64,000 nucleotides of DNA from Tubulanus polymorphus (Eukaryota; Animalia; Nemertea): NCBI RefSeq assembly GCF_964204645.1, contig NC_134028.1, forward strand, positions 4,340,001 to 4,404,000. Direction: 5' to 3'. The translations under genes were made by a program, and so were the position numbers. Below, piece after piece: positions 13,301 through 24,419 of this stretch. Below the pieces are notes generated by a model. It was not told the origin of the DNA, searched no databases, and saw nothing but the letters and a program-made list of their open reading frames with translations. The stretch's first letter is position 1; each line of letters starts with the position of its first letter.

Positions 13301-14689
13301 GTTGAGAGTTGGCGACGATTGAAAGCCGATCGGTTCCCGTTTCTTTCTTTACCGAAGCGGGAAATTCGGCCACTATTCGATCGATAGTGTTCCCTCCTAA
13401 ATCCATATTTTCCTTACTAATGTACAAAATGAATCGCGTGCTATCAGATTCTTCACCTGATTTTCAGTATGCGTCGTATGTAATTAGCAATTTTCGTGGA
13501 TTTATTGCAGCTATGGATAGATATGGAGAATCGGAGAATCCCTTATTACACGAGCATCTATCAAAGTTCATCACGGTCAAACCACTTATACGAAATTGGC
13601 CGGAATCTTGCTAGTGCCCTTCGAAAATCACCAAGCCTTATCATCAACTAATGGAATATTAATATGTATCACATTTCCCTCTCGACTTACTATGTATAAA
13701 TAAAAAAAAGTTCTCTATCATGTCAGCGCATATTACAGGTGATATAGATGTATGCGTAATCTGGTGTGTGTGGGTAATCGGTCAGACCGCGTCTGTTCGC
13801 GAAATCAGAAGGGACGGAAACGGGTGATAAAACCGTCTACAAAATCAGAAATAACAGCAGCGCGAATGGGATTGACATAATACGTATTGCGCGGTGTTGC
13901 GTGGGTGCCGCCGCGCGCGCTAGCTGGATAATCATTCCTGACACTGATTTTATATTCCGATTTTTTCCGGGTTTTTCGTCAGAATACGCACTGATCCAGT
14001 AGGCGTACCAGTACTCCTTACCAATCCACCTACTATAAGAGCCGTTTAAAATCAGATGAACTGAGGATGTAGAATTGGGATTGGCCGTTTCCGTCGAGAA
14101 TGTATCCGTTCATGGGCGTCTGGGAACGTAAGACTTTTTCGTATCGACGATGATTTCCCCCGATCGACCATCGGTGAAAGTTACCTACCGCGTGGGGCCT
14201 GCTTAGACACGGGGATGAGATTATAAAAATCCCTTTTGTTCGTGATAGGATTAAATATAATCAAGCATCACATCGATCCGAATATAAGTAATCGAAATAT
14301 AGTGGTATCAGGTATATTCTAAGACATATCACTTAGAAGCGTACATCTTATATAGACCCGGTAAATAAAGCCTGAGAGGTAATATATCACGAAGAAATGT
14401 GGTAATCATGTTAGAGGAATGAATCACTAAAATAACTTCCTCCAGTTTTACATATATAAAGAGTAGGATTTAGAGACAGATTCATGGCAGTTTGTTCAGC
14501 AAAATTTCGAATCCTTTAATAAAAAACTAACTATATATATATGGAAACGTAGGGATTTCGTGTTCATACCAGATTCATATATATATATAACATTCGTGAG
14601 ATTCATTTTCAGTCGTAATAATGAGATTAATGAGAAGTTCGTAACTCCTCCTGGTGTCCATCGACTTAAATAACATCATCGTGTTATCA

Positions 14690-14809
14690 CCTGGGCCCAG
14701 GTTTATAGACTGGTATCATCTTTAACCCAGGGGTTAACTCGACTGAAAATGAATTTGAGTTAGCCCCGGGGTTTAAAAAGTTAATACCAGTCTATAAAAC
14801 CGGGCCCTG
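14690..14809. mobile_element. Palindromic MITE family 2 (~120 bp)
   Basis: CTGGGCCCAGGTTTATAGACTGGTAT... / ...ATACCAGTTCTATAAAACCGGGCCCTG form a near-complete hairpin; a second copy lies at 30957-31037. Confidence 0.7.
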
Positions 14810-14965
14810 TAATTTATGTATTTTAATTCGTGAATAAAGAAAAACAATGAAAATGATAACGATAAAGATTTAATATTCAATTCGCTTCAGCTCGTTTCAT
14901 CAATGGTAAGATCCTAATTCGTAAACAACGTAATCGTAATTTCCCTAATGAGTTAAAACACGTAC

Positions 14966-15117
14966 CTGATAGTTCGACAGAAGGTCGTTTCGGCGAGCCC
15001 GGTTCCGATCCGCATCCATTCGACGTTGTCTCTATTTCCAAACCGGTTTTAAAATCCACACGGCGGGTCACTGGCGGAGTTCCAACCGGTGGCACCGTGA
15101 ACGGTATCGTCTTCATA
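14966..15117 (-). CDS. SYT15: Syt15-like coding exon 3: linker (MKTIPFTVPPVGTPPVTRR...PKRPSVELS)
   Basis: ttccttccag| acceptor and G|gtacgt donor; 152 nt, phase 2 in and phase 1 out, fitting both neighbours. PFTVPP resembles the Syt15 linker motif PFxVPP. Confidence 0.85.
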
Positions 15118-18100
15118 CTGGAAGGAAAAAGTATCAACGAATGATATTTTCTCATGGCTAATATCTGGTGGCTCTTCCCTGAGATCATGATTGGACTGGG
15201 ACAAGACGGCATTCGGTAAAAGACTATGTTGAACCCGTATAGACGGTTGTATGTAATAAATCCAAAAATGAGTCCACGTTTTCTAAATACTCAAATATCA
15301 CACGTCGATATAAGAATATATATCAGGATATTTATCGGTCGATGTGTTTCTCCTAATTTTCAGTCATCACTTAACGCGCATCTATAACTGTCTTCTCATC
15401 TGGAATCTGAACATTCTAACTCGTTCAACTGAAGTAACATCTTTTAAATCCGTTATCATTAACTGTGACAGGCTTGACGGGCGCTTCCAAAACTTTTCAA
15501 CCCCTGTCATCAATAATCGAGTTTTTTTCTTAAATCGCTATTTAAATTTCCAGATCGCTGAATCGAATTTCGATCTACATTCACACGTGCTAGAGCCTCT
15601 TCCGCTTTTCGAGCTTCCAACACCGGATGCGGGACATCATCACCATCGACGCGCGTCTTTTTCACGCAGCGAACCTAGCGTCACAACGATCAGTTATTGA
15701 TCACTCGCGAAACCCAACACAAACCCGACTAAAGAGAAGCGCGAGTCGCGTGAAATTCTATGGTGGACGTCTGTTCAGTACGGTACTCAATTATAAGATA
15801 ACGATGGGAGGGTTACGGTATTAAAGTCGCCTGGTTAGTAATCACGTTTACACTGATTGCATTTGCCTCGCTTTGTGCGTGTTTACTACATTCTCCCGAT
15901 ACTACCCCGTAAATGCTCCCGAGTCGTCTCAGACGAGAGAAAAAAAGAAACGCCTAGACATGGTTTTTTACTGTTTGCGAATAAATCTGGCAATTTTCTA
16001 AATCTTTATTCAAGACGCATTTCATGTTCATTGCGTGATTTAGGGATTTAGATGGGGAAACTTCGAATCTATTGCTTTTAGATATATCTAGATATACATC
16101 ATCAAGATCAAACATTAAATGGCCGCCAACGTTAACATAATGACTACTCTATATAAACAGCACATATACTTTGCCCTCGCTAAATTAGTTACGAAGTTAT
16201 TCAACTCGTCGGAGGCTGTTTTCGGAGGGAGGTCACTGCAATCGTCACTGTCTCGTATATACACTGTTCCGCGTTGTGTTATCAACTAAAGAAAACATAT
16301 CGAAAAGGGATTTAACAGGGTATGTCAGAAATCACAATCCTCAAGAGAGAGATGCACTGATTGTCGCATTCATCGTATGATAGAATAATAGATGGCTTTG
16401 TAAATGTGTGCAGGCGAATCCCTTCTAGGGCAATAGGACCCGTGACAGATACTGCAGTAACATTTGATAAATGATCAATGGTAATAGCCGGGACACTGAA
16501 TTTCTGTATTTTTCTCTGATAATTTGAGATGTTCAAACCCTAAGGGATCAACACACAAGGCAAGTCGCATCTAAAGCGCATCATTCCGCAGTCCGTCAAA
16601 GCGGTCATTTATTAAGACTCGAAAACAGAAACAAATAAACGATCGTCCGAACAAAAAATATGTTATTGCATCATCTGAAAAACGCGATGCATTTTTAGAT
16701 TTTGTTTATTTTTTTACGCAAATTTACGACGTGTTTGTTGAGACGGGCGTAATTTAAATGTGAAGGAAAATCTCATTCAATATTTGGTTGACTGATTTGT
16801 GCGGACGAGTGAAAAATACATGACAGAATGTTCAAAATCAACAACACTGAATTCCTGGAAGAACCGTAGCCAATTTCGCAGTATGAAGGCTTTAGTGAAG
16901 CGTATTCGGTCCAACACCCATTAACCCAACACTATCCCCAACGATCGTTACAGATATGTAAGTTGAGATACGGTATTATTGCGCTATCGAAAATCGGTTT
17001 ATCAAGTATAAATCCGAAATTGATGGGATTGAAGAGGATACGATAACAGTTTATACTATTATAAACGAGGTTACGGTAAATCGGTATCGATACTTCGCGG
17101 AATCCAATCCAATTTGATTAGCGTAAACAGCAGCAGCGGCAGCTACGCGTAAATTTCAAATCTAGATGTCACCAGTTCTTAGGATCGGACAGTGAAATAG
17201 CCGAACAGAAGCTATTAGAACCCGTAATCCCCTCGAACGACGATGAAATTCCCGTCGAAAATAGCGCGTTAAGTATACTTAATATCTTTCTCTCCTTCTC
17301 TCTGGCGTCTGTCGACTTGTTTATAACGTTCGAAACGACAGAATGCACTTTTGACGTTGCCGATGTTGTCATCCAATGGTTATTATCTAATTGTTGATCC
17401 ACGATTTCGTGATAGCGCGCCGGCAATTATATCGACTGGCGAACGTTAATCACCGCTTCGAAACATGAACACGTAATCAATTAAACGTCAGTTATTATAT
17501 ATTAAGTTAACCCCAGGCGTGGTATGGTGCGCATCGAATGTTGACTACTTATCCCATACGGATAAATAGTGTTGATTGTAGAAGTTATTTCATCTTTTGT
17601 AAACACACTATCTGACTGTATAGATAATGTAAATGCCAAATTTCTGTTGAGCACAAATCACTCTTCTAAATCCTATGTACGAGAATTAGAAATTCTAGTG
17701 GTAAGTTCAGCGCGTAATTCTGGGGATAACCCTGCCCCAGGCCGGTAGCCCAGCACACCTCGAAGTTGAAGTCCTACGAGTCCAACCAAACGTTTGAAAT
17801 AATCAAGTCTTTAGAAAGGATGGGAGTAGAACTACGGCAACTTCAATGGTTGTTCATTCTAGATACGTTTTATTTTGTGGGCCCTGCTCAGCACTAAGGC
17901 TTTCTCACCAAACCTGTGGCCTCGTGCTAGTTACTTCTACACAGTAGAGGACCGTGACGTCACACGATATGGAGGAAGATGGCGATATTGGATATTTTGT
18001 TTATTTGCTCCATTCTCATCTGATATTGACGTGCGACCAAACTACGCACTTCACGTGTATTTAGATACAACCAGTCACATACAATAAACTAATCAGGAAT

Positions 18101-19579
18101 CAAATCAAACTATTGTGCCCAGATGCAACGGTGTTAACGGTTGATGTGCCTTGTTTAACCCCAGGGACCGTTAGGTAATAACGTTATACTGTATATAATA
18201 AAAGGTGATTAGTAGACATACGAAATATATTCAACTACATATTTATGAAGGTTTCATCACGAGCTGGAAGCATCAGGACGTTGACTGACGTTATGGGAAC
18301 GTTAGGGAGAGATGAAAAGAAATGCCAACGGCATTTATAATTTACATGAAGACCAAATACAGAACCTATTAGAGAGAATGACGATCACGTAACGCTGTGG
18401 TTATCGGCATCAAGGGCGTCGTGAATTCGTTTGGATGTTTTGATAAGTAATATATAAGTGAAACGATAGTAATAGTCGGCTGGAGGAGAAATAAGTACGA
18501 ATCAGACGAAAACATAATTCTAGACGACCTTTATACTGTACACAGGCAACAGATAGCGCTTAATCCCGTATAGCTTTAGACGCACGATTCATTAATCACG
18601 TGAGTTCCGTCGTCGTCTGGCCGATCAGATCCGAATACTTCTTAATTTGACGATTCATTCCATTGCAATGATGAATGACGGGAGATGATACAAAGTTATA
18701 ATATGATCGTATGAAAAAAACTGTACGGTTAAAAGAGCAAAACAACTTTTTTTCTTCCTTTCATGCGAATGTTGTAACGAAGAATCTCTCGCTGCGCAGC
18801 TCCCGATCTTTTGAGAAAATACTGAAAAAAATTTATCATCTAGAAATAGATTTACTCTATTATATAAAAATGCGCAATGAAATTCCTCGTCGCGGACGAA
18901 AACAGAAATTTAAGGAGGTTTCAGAATCATCACCGATTTCTTAGAATTCTCGTCTGCAAAAACAGCGACAACGACGTCAGAAATCGATGGATTTTGCAAC
19001 CATTATCAAAATGTATAGTCTCGATTTACGATTAAATGTCATCATATAAAACTAGTCGCCGGTTTTAAGGCCGGCTGTAAAGAGAAAATGAGAATTTAAT
19101 TCTCAACCGACGCGCGGAGACGTTCGGTTTCTGATCGAGCAGCGATACGGCTGTAAAACATTTCGATATCAAAATTATGTCAGGATAAATCGCGGCCATC
19201 GGAGACGATATTGACGCAGCAGTTTCCAAGACAAATAAAACTCGCGCCATATATAGACAAAATTCGTCTGGAATATGACGGAATAGAAATTCAGTGTTTT
19301 CAGATCTGTTGCGCTTTTTGCTACGAGCCAATTAAAAAATCGATGAAATTTACCAATTAAGCCGATTAACGCGCACTGACTATAAGACACATTAAACTGC
19401 TATTAAGCCAATTACGTTGCAATTAGTCGGATCCAACTTAATTGGATGGGAGACGAAATATTCCTCTACTCGTTTGGTGTGAAATAGTAGGGGTTCGGAA
19501 ATACGTTTCCCCAAAAGGGTACATCGTGATCTAATTGCTACATTTTAACGGAAATATGAAATTTTAATTCTAACAAAAC

Positions 19580-19690
19580 CTGGGCCCTTGTTACACAATA
19601 GTCGTAACTTAAGTTCAAAGTGGTCATACACCTTTAGACTAGTCTTAAGTCGTTAGATTGGCTACAGACCTAAGACCGTCTTGACTGATA
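19580..19690. mobile_element. MITE family 3 fragment
   Basis: CTGGGCCC start; TAGTCTTAAGTCGTTAGATTGGCTACAGACCTAAG is the reverse-complement homolog of 40748-40782. Confidence 0.55.
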
Positions 19691-22600
19691 TTTTAAATAG
19701 AAGCGCATGACTGTGACACTGGTACTAAAATACAAAGAATATCTATTTGTGATGTTCTTGAGATTCGCTTCTTATGAAACCATTCGAGCAGAAACTAACA
19801 GCCCGGGTACATATTCCATATTCTGCCTTGAAAGGAACATGGAATGATAACCCTTTGCCAAATGGTTATTTTGTCAAGATCTTTGTTTTCCGCGACAACG
19901 CCTTATCTTATTCTTTATATACATTTGGCGTCGTAAAACATTAACGGCCGATCGGGCAGACATATCTGCCGACTAAACAAGCGGGTAAAAGCCAAGTCGT
20001 GTTTTTTATCACCAATCTCATCAACGGTTATTGGTTCCGTCCAACGTGAAACGAATCTATCTATATATGTGTACATGTATACACCGACAAGACGGTGACT
20101 GTTGGCATATTCATATCGCGTCCATATTGAGCTAGGAACCGATCAACCAATCTCCAAACCGTCGCTCGCTTTTAACACCCTAGTCGTCCATACGCCGGTT
20201 ACAGATTGCAAAAGAATAGCTCAATACTGCGGCCGAGCGTTGGTCGGGCTTTTTCATTTCCTGACGCGAAATGACCCGCGGATCGCATGACAAGTAACCG
20301 CTGTGTTTACCGAACGATCAACGCCGAACATTTATCCATGTAATAAGACGACAGTAAACGTGCCACGTCTTAAACCGACAAACCGACCTTCTTAATGTAT
20401 ACGGAAAATTGTGTTTATCGCCCTCATACGCCGCTCAGATAGGATATAAACACAAATAAAAATGGACGTGTGAACAGTGCCAGTGTTTGCTACGCTGTCA
20501 GAAGTCTTTTTATAGCATATCGGTATTTCTATAACGATCGAGTTTTTTGCAATGAAATCTAACATTCGTTTTAGAATAAAATCAAAAAGGTTTAGCGTCA
20601 TTATATACTCTTAATTAATGCGTTTGTGTCAATTTCTAACCTGCGTTTCTATCGAAGCGAATGTCAGTCGCAGAGACGACTGGTGAACACATTCCAAGTG
20701 ACGCGGATTGTCCTCCTACCGTGCGACTACTGACTGCTATATACAACGACTAGTCGGAGTTAAGACACTGATTTAATGGCCTACCGCTTGAATAACAATG
20801 GAAAATTGCGCAAAAACGCATCAAATAATCACGGGTATGATGCATAAGCTATTCAACGGCAGAAGTGCGCTTGATTTGTCAGTTGTTTGGAAATCGTCTC
20901 TCCCCCTCTCGACGCAACAGGTCAGTTAGCGATATCTTAGAACATACATGAAAATATGACCGACCTCATTCAATCATGTAGTGTCGGAAATCTTGTTTGC
21001 TTCCAAATTATGTGTTAACCCGAAACTGGGAACAGATTGTATTTTCCCACGACGCCATTATGTAGATACTGGTGACTGTGAACACGACGAAAGACATCTA
21101 TGTATATTAGCGACGAGTTTTTCCTTTCACGAATCTAAGTGTTTGATGAGGACAACAATAAACAGAGAGCAATCTCTCGATTAAAGTTTAACGAGCGCGA
21201 ATAAGTGTCAACCCCGGTGAATTAGAATGGAGAAATACACGCCTTATTACTTCTTTAAAGTAACGATCTAAATCAAAAAGTCTTCAGCATCGCCGTGAAA
21301 TCGTGTACGATTAAAGCTGATACTGATGTTCAGATTCTAATTGTAAATTGAGAAAGTGATTAATTCAAATGGTGTCTTTAACGCGCGGGTCTTTATCATT
21401 TTCGGATCACAGTCGATCAGCTCCCGGGAGAAATTTATGATAAATCGCAGTTTCGTGACAGAGAATTCCAACCAAACGTAAACAGATGATAACGCTTCTA
21501 CAGGGAATGGAGTTGGTACCAGGTGGCGCAACAAAGACCGAATAACTAAATTTATCAAAATAGGCTTAGATGTATGTAAACATACTGTAATGAGTGTATG
21601 GCGTTTATTGTTAATAATTTTGATGTATTTCGCGAAGAAAAGTTCATATTTTCTGTTGTTTTATAAATATTGTATATATCTTACATTCTCCCTCCATATA
21701 CCATGGAAATGGTTGGAGTGTAAATAAATTCCAATTTCTTAATCTTTGTTGATGCAAATTAGTTCATTTTCAATGAAATTTGAAATGGATTCCAATCTTT
21801 CTCAGGGTATGGTATAAATTTCACTGAAAATTGATTTATTGGTTTTAAAGTTGATTCAAATTCAACTGGATGCGTAGAAGAAACTCGGTAACCGCTACTA
21901 GCCAACCTGGCGAATCATCGCGGAATCCTCGCTTGCCACCGTGTCGGTGCCGGTACCCAGTTCGTGGAATGGTGCAGCTGCGGTGTCAATTTGACGGCTT
22001 TTTATCGCAGTTGATAAAACACGCAAAGATAACGAGCGCGAATAGTGATGATAACAGTAACATCTAATGGTAGATCGGATGCGGTTCGACAGTCGATCGT
22101 GAGATGTTGGACAATACGTGTAATATCCTGAGTCGACGAGGCTTTTATCATAATAGGTTTGGTACTTGAAGAGTCAGTGACTGAGTCAATGGCCCGAGGG
22201 AAGTTTTATCCTATCAGTACTTTGAGAGTCTTAATATTCTGGATGGTATATATATAAGACTGGTATCATATCCCGAATGTGGTGCAATACTAATTATTGC
22301 GTAATTAACAGAGATCGCATGCGATCTAATAAAGACTTCACTCCGATTTCGCGAAATTATAGAGATCATAATTAAGCTTAATTTTTTGTCTAATTGACTT
22401 ACACCGAATTCAGATGAAATTGGACCTAATTATACATAGCACATGGATATCCGTAAAATGTCGATCCAATTTTTCTCCAAAATGAGGTATATCACAAGGG
22501 GAAATGAATAATGAATTTAGACGCCAGGTAATCAGAAAAAGCGGCGCGGGACGTATAATAATCCACCGAGGAAACACAACTGTCATTAGAATATTCGATT

Positions 22601-22805
22601 TATCTCTGAAATAAACTCTTTGATGGCGACAAAATAGTGGCACTTTGATCAAACCTTCTTCAACTCCGCCTTATAGTATATAAACATCGACGCTCGGTTC
22701 ATTCAGTGCAAATATGAAGAGTGGTAGGAGAAGCTGTGTAATCCCGGTGTCAAATGGAACGAGAAAAAATATAGCACTTTGTAGATTAACTTAATCTTAT
22801 CAAAA

Positions 22806-22848
22806 ATACGAGCTTTCGCTACTAGCGCATAGTAGCTTCATCAAGTAT
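22806..22848 (-). ncRNA. Minimal type I hammerhead ribozyme-like motif (Penelope type)
   Basis: AUAC-UUGAUGA-A-GCUACUA(UGCGC)UAGUAGC-GAAA-GC-UC/GUAU: stem I AUAC/GUAU, perfect 7-bp stem II, palindromic AGCU stem III; C3 is replaced by U. Confidence 0.6.
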
Positions 22849-23259
22849 AGATGGAGTTTCATAGTAGCTTCATCAAGTATAGAACGAGTTTCATAGTAGC
22901 TTCATCAAGTATAGAACGAGTTTCATAGTAGCTACATCAAGTATAGAACGAGTTTCATAGTAGCTTCATCAAGTATAGAACGAGTTTCATAGTAGCTTCA
23001 TCAAGTATAGAACGAGTTTCATAGTAGCTTCATCAAGTATAGAACGAGTTTCATAGTAGCTTCATCAAGTATAGATGGAGTTTCATAGTAGCTTCATCAA
23101 GTATAGAACGAGTTTCATAGTAGCTTCATCAAGTATAGAACGAGTTTCATAGTAGCTTCATCAAGTATAGAACGAGTTTCATAGTAGCTTCATCAAGTAT
23201 AGAACGAGTTTCATAGTAGCTTCATCAAGTATAGATGGAGTTTCATAGTAGCTTCATCA
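22828..23259. repeat. 32-bp tandem array A (CATAGTAGCTTCATCAAGTATAGAACGAGTTT), 13.5 copies
   Basis: Units start at 22828, 22860, ... 23244; variant GATGG for GAACG in units 1, 8 and 13. No unique spacers. Confidence 0.97.
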
Positions 23260-23633
23260 TTTACCTGGACGAATAGTAAGTAGTCACTAGCTTCATCATT
23301 TACCCGATAAAGCGACTAAGCATTAATAGCGAAAGCTTGTATTTTCAAGAAGAAATTAAGTCAGCATATGAAACACTTTCTGTCTTCAAGTTTTCTGATC
23401 AGTACTAATACGAATGAGCGCGAAACAAAATATACACACTCAACGATTTGTATAAATAATTGAAATGTATATTCGGGGGTCACGTCATCTGTATTCGTAG
23501 CTGTTCAATGGTCGCGCACATATTGTCGGCGACGGTAGAGAACGTGCTGAGAATAATCTCCCAGGACGAAGAGCCGATACTTATATCCATCAATTACAGA
23601 TACACACCGATCCATCGATGTAAATATGGATTT

Positions 23634-23906
23634 TAAACAGTAGGTTTACTGACACTTAGTTCACTTACACAGTATGTTTACTGTCACCTAGTTCACTTAA
23701 ACAGTATGTTTACTGTCACCTAGTTCACATAAACGGTAGGTTTACTGTCACCTAGTTCACTTAAACAGTAGGTTTATTGTCACCTAGTGCACTTAAACAG
23801 TAGGTTTACTGTCACCTAGTTCACTTAAACGGTAGGTTTACTGTCACCTAGTTCACTTAAACAGTAGGTTTATTGTCACCTAGTGCACTTAAACAGTAGG
23901 TTTATT
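23634..23906. repeat. 32-bp tandem array B (TAAACAGTAGGTTTACTGTCACCTAGTTCACT), ~8.5 copies
   Basis: Units start at 23634, 23666, ... 23890; variants recur with a 96-bp higher-order period. Confidence 0.96.
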
Positions 23907-23972
23907 AACATATATTTAGTTTTAATGACAATAATTCTATCCACCCTGTCCACGTTCAAGTTCAAATACTTC

Positions 23973-24294
23973 GCCGCGATCACTCAAGCGATTTTGATCC
24001 GGGCCAAATCTGCCAGATTAGGCCTTGGCCAACCTGCAGGACACGGGCCAAATTTAGCCCGATCAAAAACGTTGAACCTGGCTCATGTGAAATTTCAGCA
24101 CGGTTCATATCATTGTGTGTGATTGCTTACTTGTTCTGGTAGTGACCAACGTCATTTGCCACAGCACCGTTCTTTAGTATCGAGTCAGTGATTTACGTGT
24201 GAACGCGCTCTCTAATTAAGCACGGGCGCAATTTGACTCGGGTCTCATCTAGGCCAGTTCGACTCTGGCCAAATCATCTGCGTGTGATCGTGAC
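23973..24294. mobile_element. MITE family 1 copy (PIF/Harbinger-like)
   Basis: Termini GCCGCGATCAC.../...GTGTGATCGTGAC; internal TTCTTTAGTATCGA..GTGTGAACGC is shared with 36519-36799 and partly with 44759-45081. Confidence 0.7.
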
Positions 24295-24419
24295 TTAAGA
24301 TACATACGGCGTTGATAATTCAAACCTAATTAGATGGAGATAATTAAGATTTTCATGTACATACATGTGACACATGGAAATTTACACGAAAACCCAACTG
24401 CGTGGAATACTGGATTAAT

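Larger units (their letters stand above)
22789..23361. mobile_element. Fold-back element with hammerhead-like inverted arms (Penelope-like derived) enclosing array A
   Basis: Left arm ACTTAATCTTATCAAAAATACGAGCTTTCGCTACTAGCGC matches the reverse complement of the right arm (ACTTAATTTCTTCTTGAAAATACAAGCTTTCGCTATTAATGC). Confidence 0.65.

Noticed and set aside
22828-23906. The two 32-bp arrays as CRISPR arrays
   Set aside because: Units are head-to-tail with no unique spacers, there are no cas genes, and the context is a eukaryotic intron.
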